Assembly: GCA_964558905.1 (NCBI GenBank)
Contig: CAZLGP010000238.1
Location: forward strand, 8,231-72,230
DNA: 64,000 nucleotides
Direction of reading: 5' to 3'
From: an uncultured Thermoanaerobaculia bacterium
GTDB lineage: Bacteria > Acidobacteriota > Thermoanaerobaculia > Gp7-AA8
The notes under the pieces are model-generated. The model ran no database searches. It was not told the DNA's origin and saw only the letters and a program-made list of their open reading frames with translations. The translations under genes and the position numbers were made by a program. Positions 63,171-64,000 of the stretch are shown piece after piece. Within the stretch, counting starts at the first letter, position 1. Every line of letters starts with the position of its first letter.

Positions 63171-64000
63171 CTATGGGCGGCGGCGCGCGGCGACGCGCTG
63201 CTGCTGCGGTGGCGCGTGCGCGGGCCGCGGCTGACGTGCCGGCCGCGAATGAAAAGCTGGTGCGTGGCTCTCGGAGTAGTCGAAGCCTTCCACGCGCTTC
63301 CGCGCGATGGTCTTCTTCGTCATTCTCTCCAGGTCCCGCACGTACGGCTCGTCGTCGGGCGTGACGAAGCTGATGGCGTCGCCGATCGCGTCCGCGCGGC
63401 CGGTGCGGCCGATGCGGTGTACGTAGTCCTCGGCGTGCATCGGGAAGTCGAAGTTGACGACGTGGGAGATGCCTTCGACGTCGATGCCGCGGGAGGCGAT
63501 GTCGGTGGCGACGAGCACGCGGGCGCGGCCGCTCTTGAAGGCGTCCAGCGCGGCGACGCGCTGGCTCTGGGAACGGTTCGAGTGCAGCGCCGCGGCGTTG
63601 ACGTTGTGGGCCTTGAGCTTGCGCACGATCTTGTCCGCGCCGTGCTTCGTGCGCGAGAAGATGAGCACGGAGTCGAGCGACTCGTCGCGCAGCAGGTGCG
63701 CGAGGAGATCGATCTTGCGGCTCTTCGGCACGGGATAGAGGAACTGGGTGACGGAGTCGGCGGGATTGGCGCGCCGGCCGATCTCCACGGTCTCGGGCGC
63801 GCGCAGAAACTCACTGGTGATCTTCTCGATGTCGCTCGAGAGCGTCGCGGAGAAGAGCAGCGTTTGGCGCTGTTTCGGCAGCGCGCTCACGACGCGGCGG
63901 ATCTGCGGGAGGAAGCCCATATCGAGCATGCGGTCGGCCTCGTCGAGGACGGCGATCTCGACGTCCTTCAGCGAAACGTGACCGGAGCTCATGAGGTCGA
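63171..64000 (-). CDS. DEAD-box ATP-dependent RNA helicase (RhlE-like), C-terminal two-thirds; 5' end beyond the window
   Basis: VLDEADRMLDMGF (DEAD box), LFSAT, ALHSNRSQSQR, VATDIASRGIDV, HRIGRTGRA. Basic C-terminal tail. Confidence 0.9.
   Translation of the reverse strand, partial: DLMSSGHVSLKDVEIAVLDEADRMLDMGFLPQIRRVVSALPKQRQTLLFSATLSSDIEKITSEFLRAPETVEIGRRANPADSVTQFLYPVPKSRKIDLLAHLLRDESLDSVLIFSRTKHGADKIVRKLKAHNVNAAALHSNRSQSQRVAALDAFKSGRARVLVATDIASRGIDVEGISHVVNFDFPMHAEDYVHRIGRTGRADAIGDAISFVTPDDEPYVRDLERMTKKTIARKRVEGFDYSESHAPAFHSRPARQPRPAHAPPQQQRVAARRRP

Noticed and set aside
1-64000. Search by eye for tRNA, rRNA, tmRNA and integrase genes that could delimit the accessory region
   Set aside because: I saw no T-loop-like GGTTCGAATCC motif outside coding sequence, no rRNA-like conserved stretches and no tyrosine- or serine-recombinase ORF. 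A proper tRNAscan/Infernal run is needed, because visual scanning of 64 kb is not reliable.

Overview
High-GC (by eye roughly 65-70%) bacterial chromosomal window. The repeat families and gene content look like a soil Acidobacteriota-type genome, but that is inference only. I recognised no rRNA, tRNA or CRISPR array by eye.

Layout:
(1) 1-2.5 kb: DNA ligase fragment and NAD-malic enzyme.
(2) 2.5-13.5 kb: accessory, decayed region. It holds a DUF433/DUF5615 toxin-antitoxin pair, orphan antitoxins, an IS110 transposase relic, an inverted array of 21-bp repeats, and a lower-GC islet with a membrane protein, a DUF4238 protein and a GHKL/MORC-like ATPase. It also holds a nucleotidyltransferase pair whose 3' end is duplicated around a PilZ-like gene.
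(3) 13.6-24.2 kb: Wsp-like chemosensory cluster (cheW-cheR-cheW-mcp-cheA/REC-cheB) ending in a REC-GAF-PAS-PAS-HK-REC hybrid kinase.
(4) 24-31 kb: SPFH protein plus an uncalled Arc-type RHH gene, an archaeal-type GatD homologue, a VapB orphan, and a DUF1800/DUF1501 pair.
(5) 31-35.6 kb: translationally coupled operon of a Cys-rich secreted peptide, a secreted protein and a 1025-aa CarboxypepD_reg-type protein.
(6) 35.6-50 kb: housekeeping and transport genes (RCK K+ channel, di-CXXCH lipoprotein, ychF, XRE-cupin regulator, SDR, desaturase, P-type ATPase, dehydrogenase, ferredoxin, permease).
(7) 50-58 kb: repeat-rich gap, DUF3592 protein, a deiodinase-like selenoprotein split by an in-frame TGA, and a thioester alpha-2-macroglobulin.
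(8) 58-64 kb: ECF sigma / anti-sigma::MGMT::Ada-zinc-finger fusion / PP2C phosphatase operon, an ABC-F ATPase carrying an in-frame hairpin-repeat insertion, a STAS-like protein, and a partial DEAD-box helicase.

Most noteworthy:
- the alkyl-acceptor anti-sigma fusion operon;
- the missed selenoprotein with a candidate SECIS;
- the lower-GC DUF4238 + GHKL ATPase islet inside a TA/IS neighbourhood;
- the 21-bp inverted repeat array;
- the pervasive hairpins made of short tandem repeats, which occupy intergenic regions and even coding sequence.

Many long ORFs in the supplied track are antisense or shadow ORFs typical of high-GC DNA and were not called.
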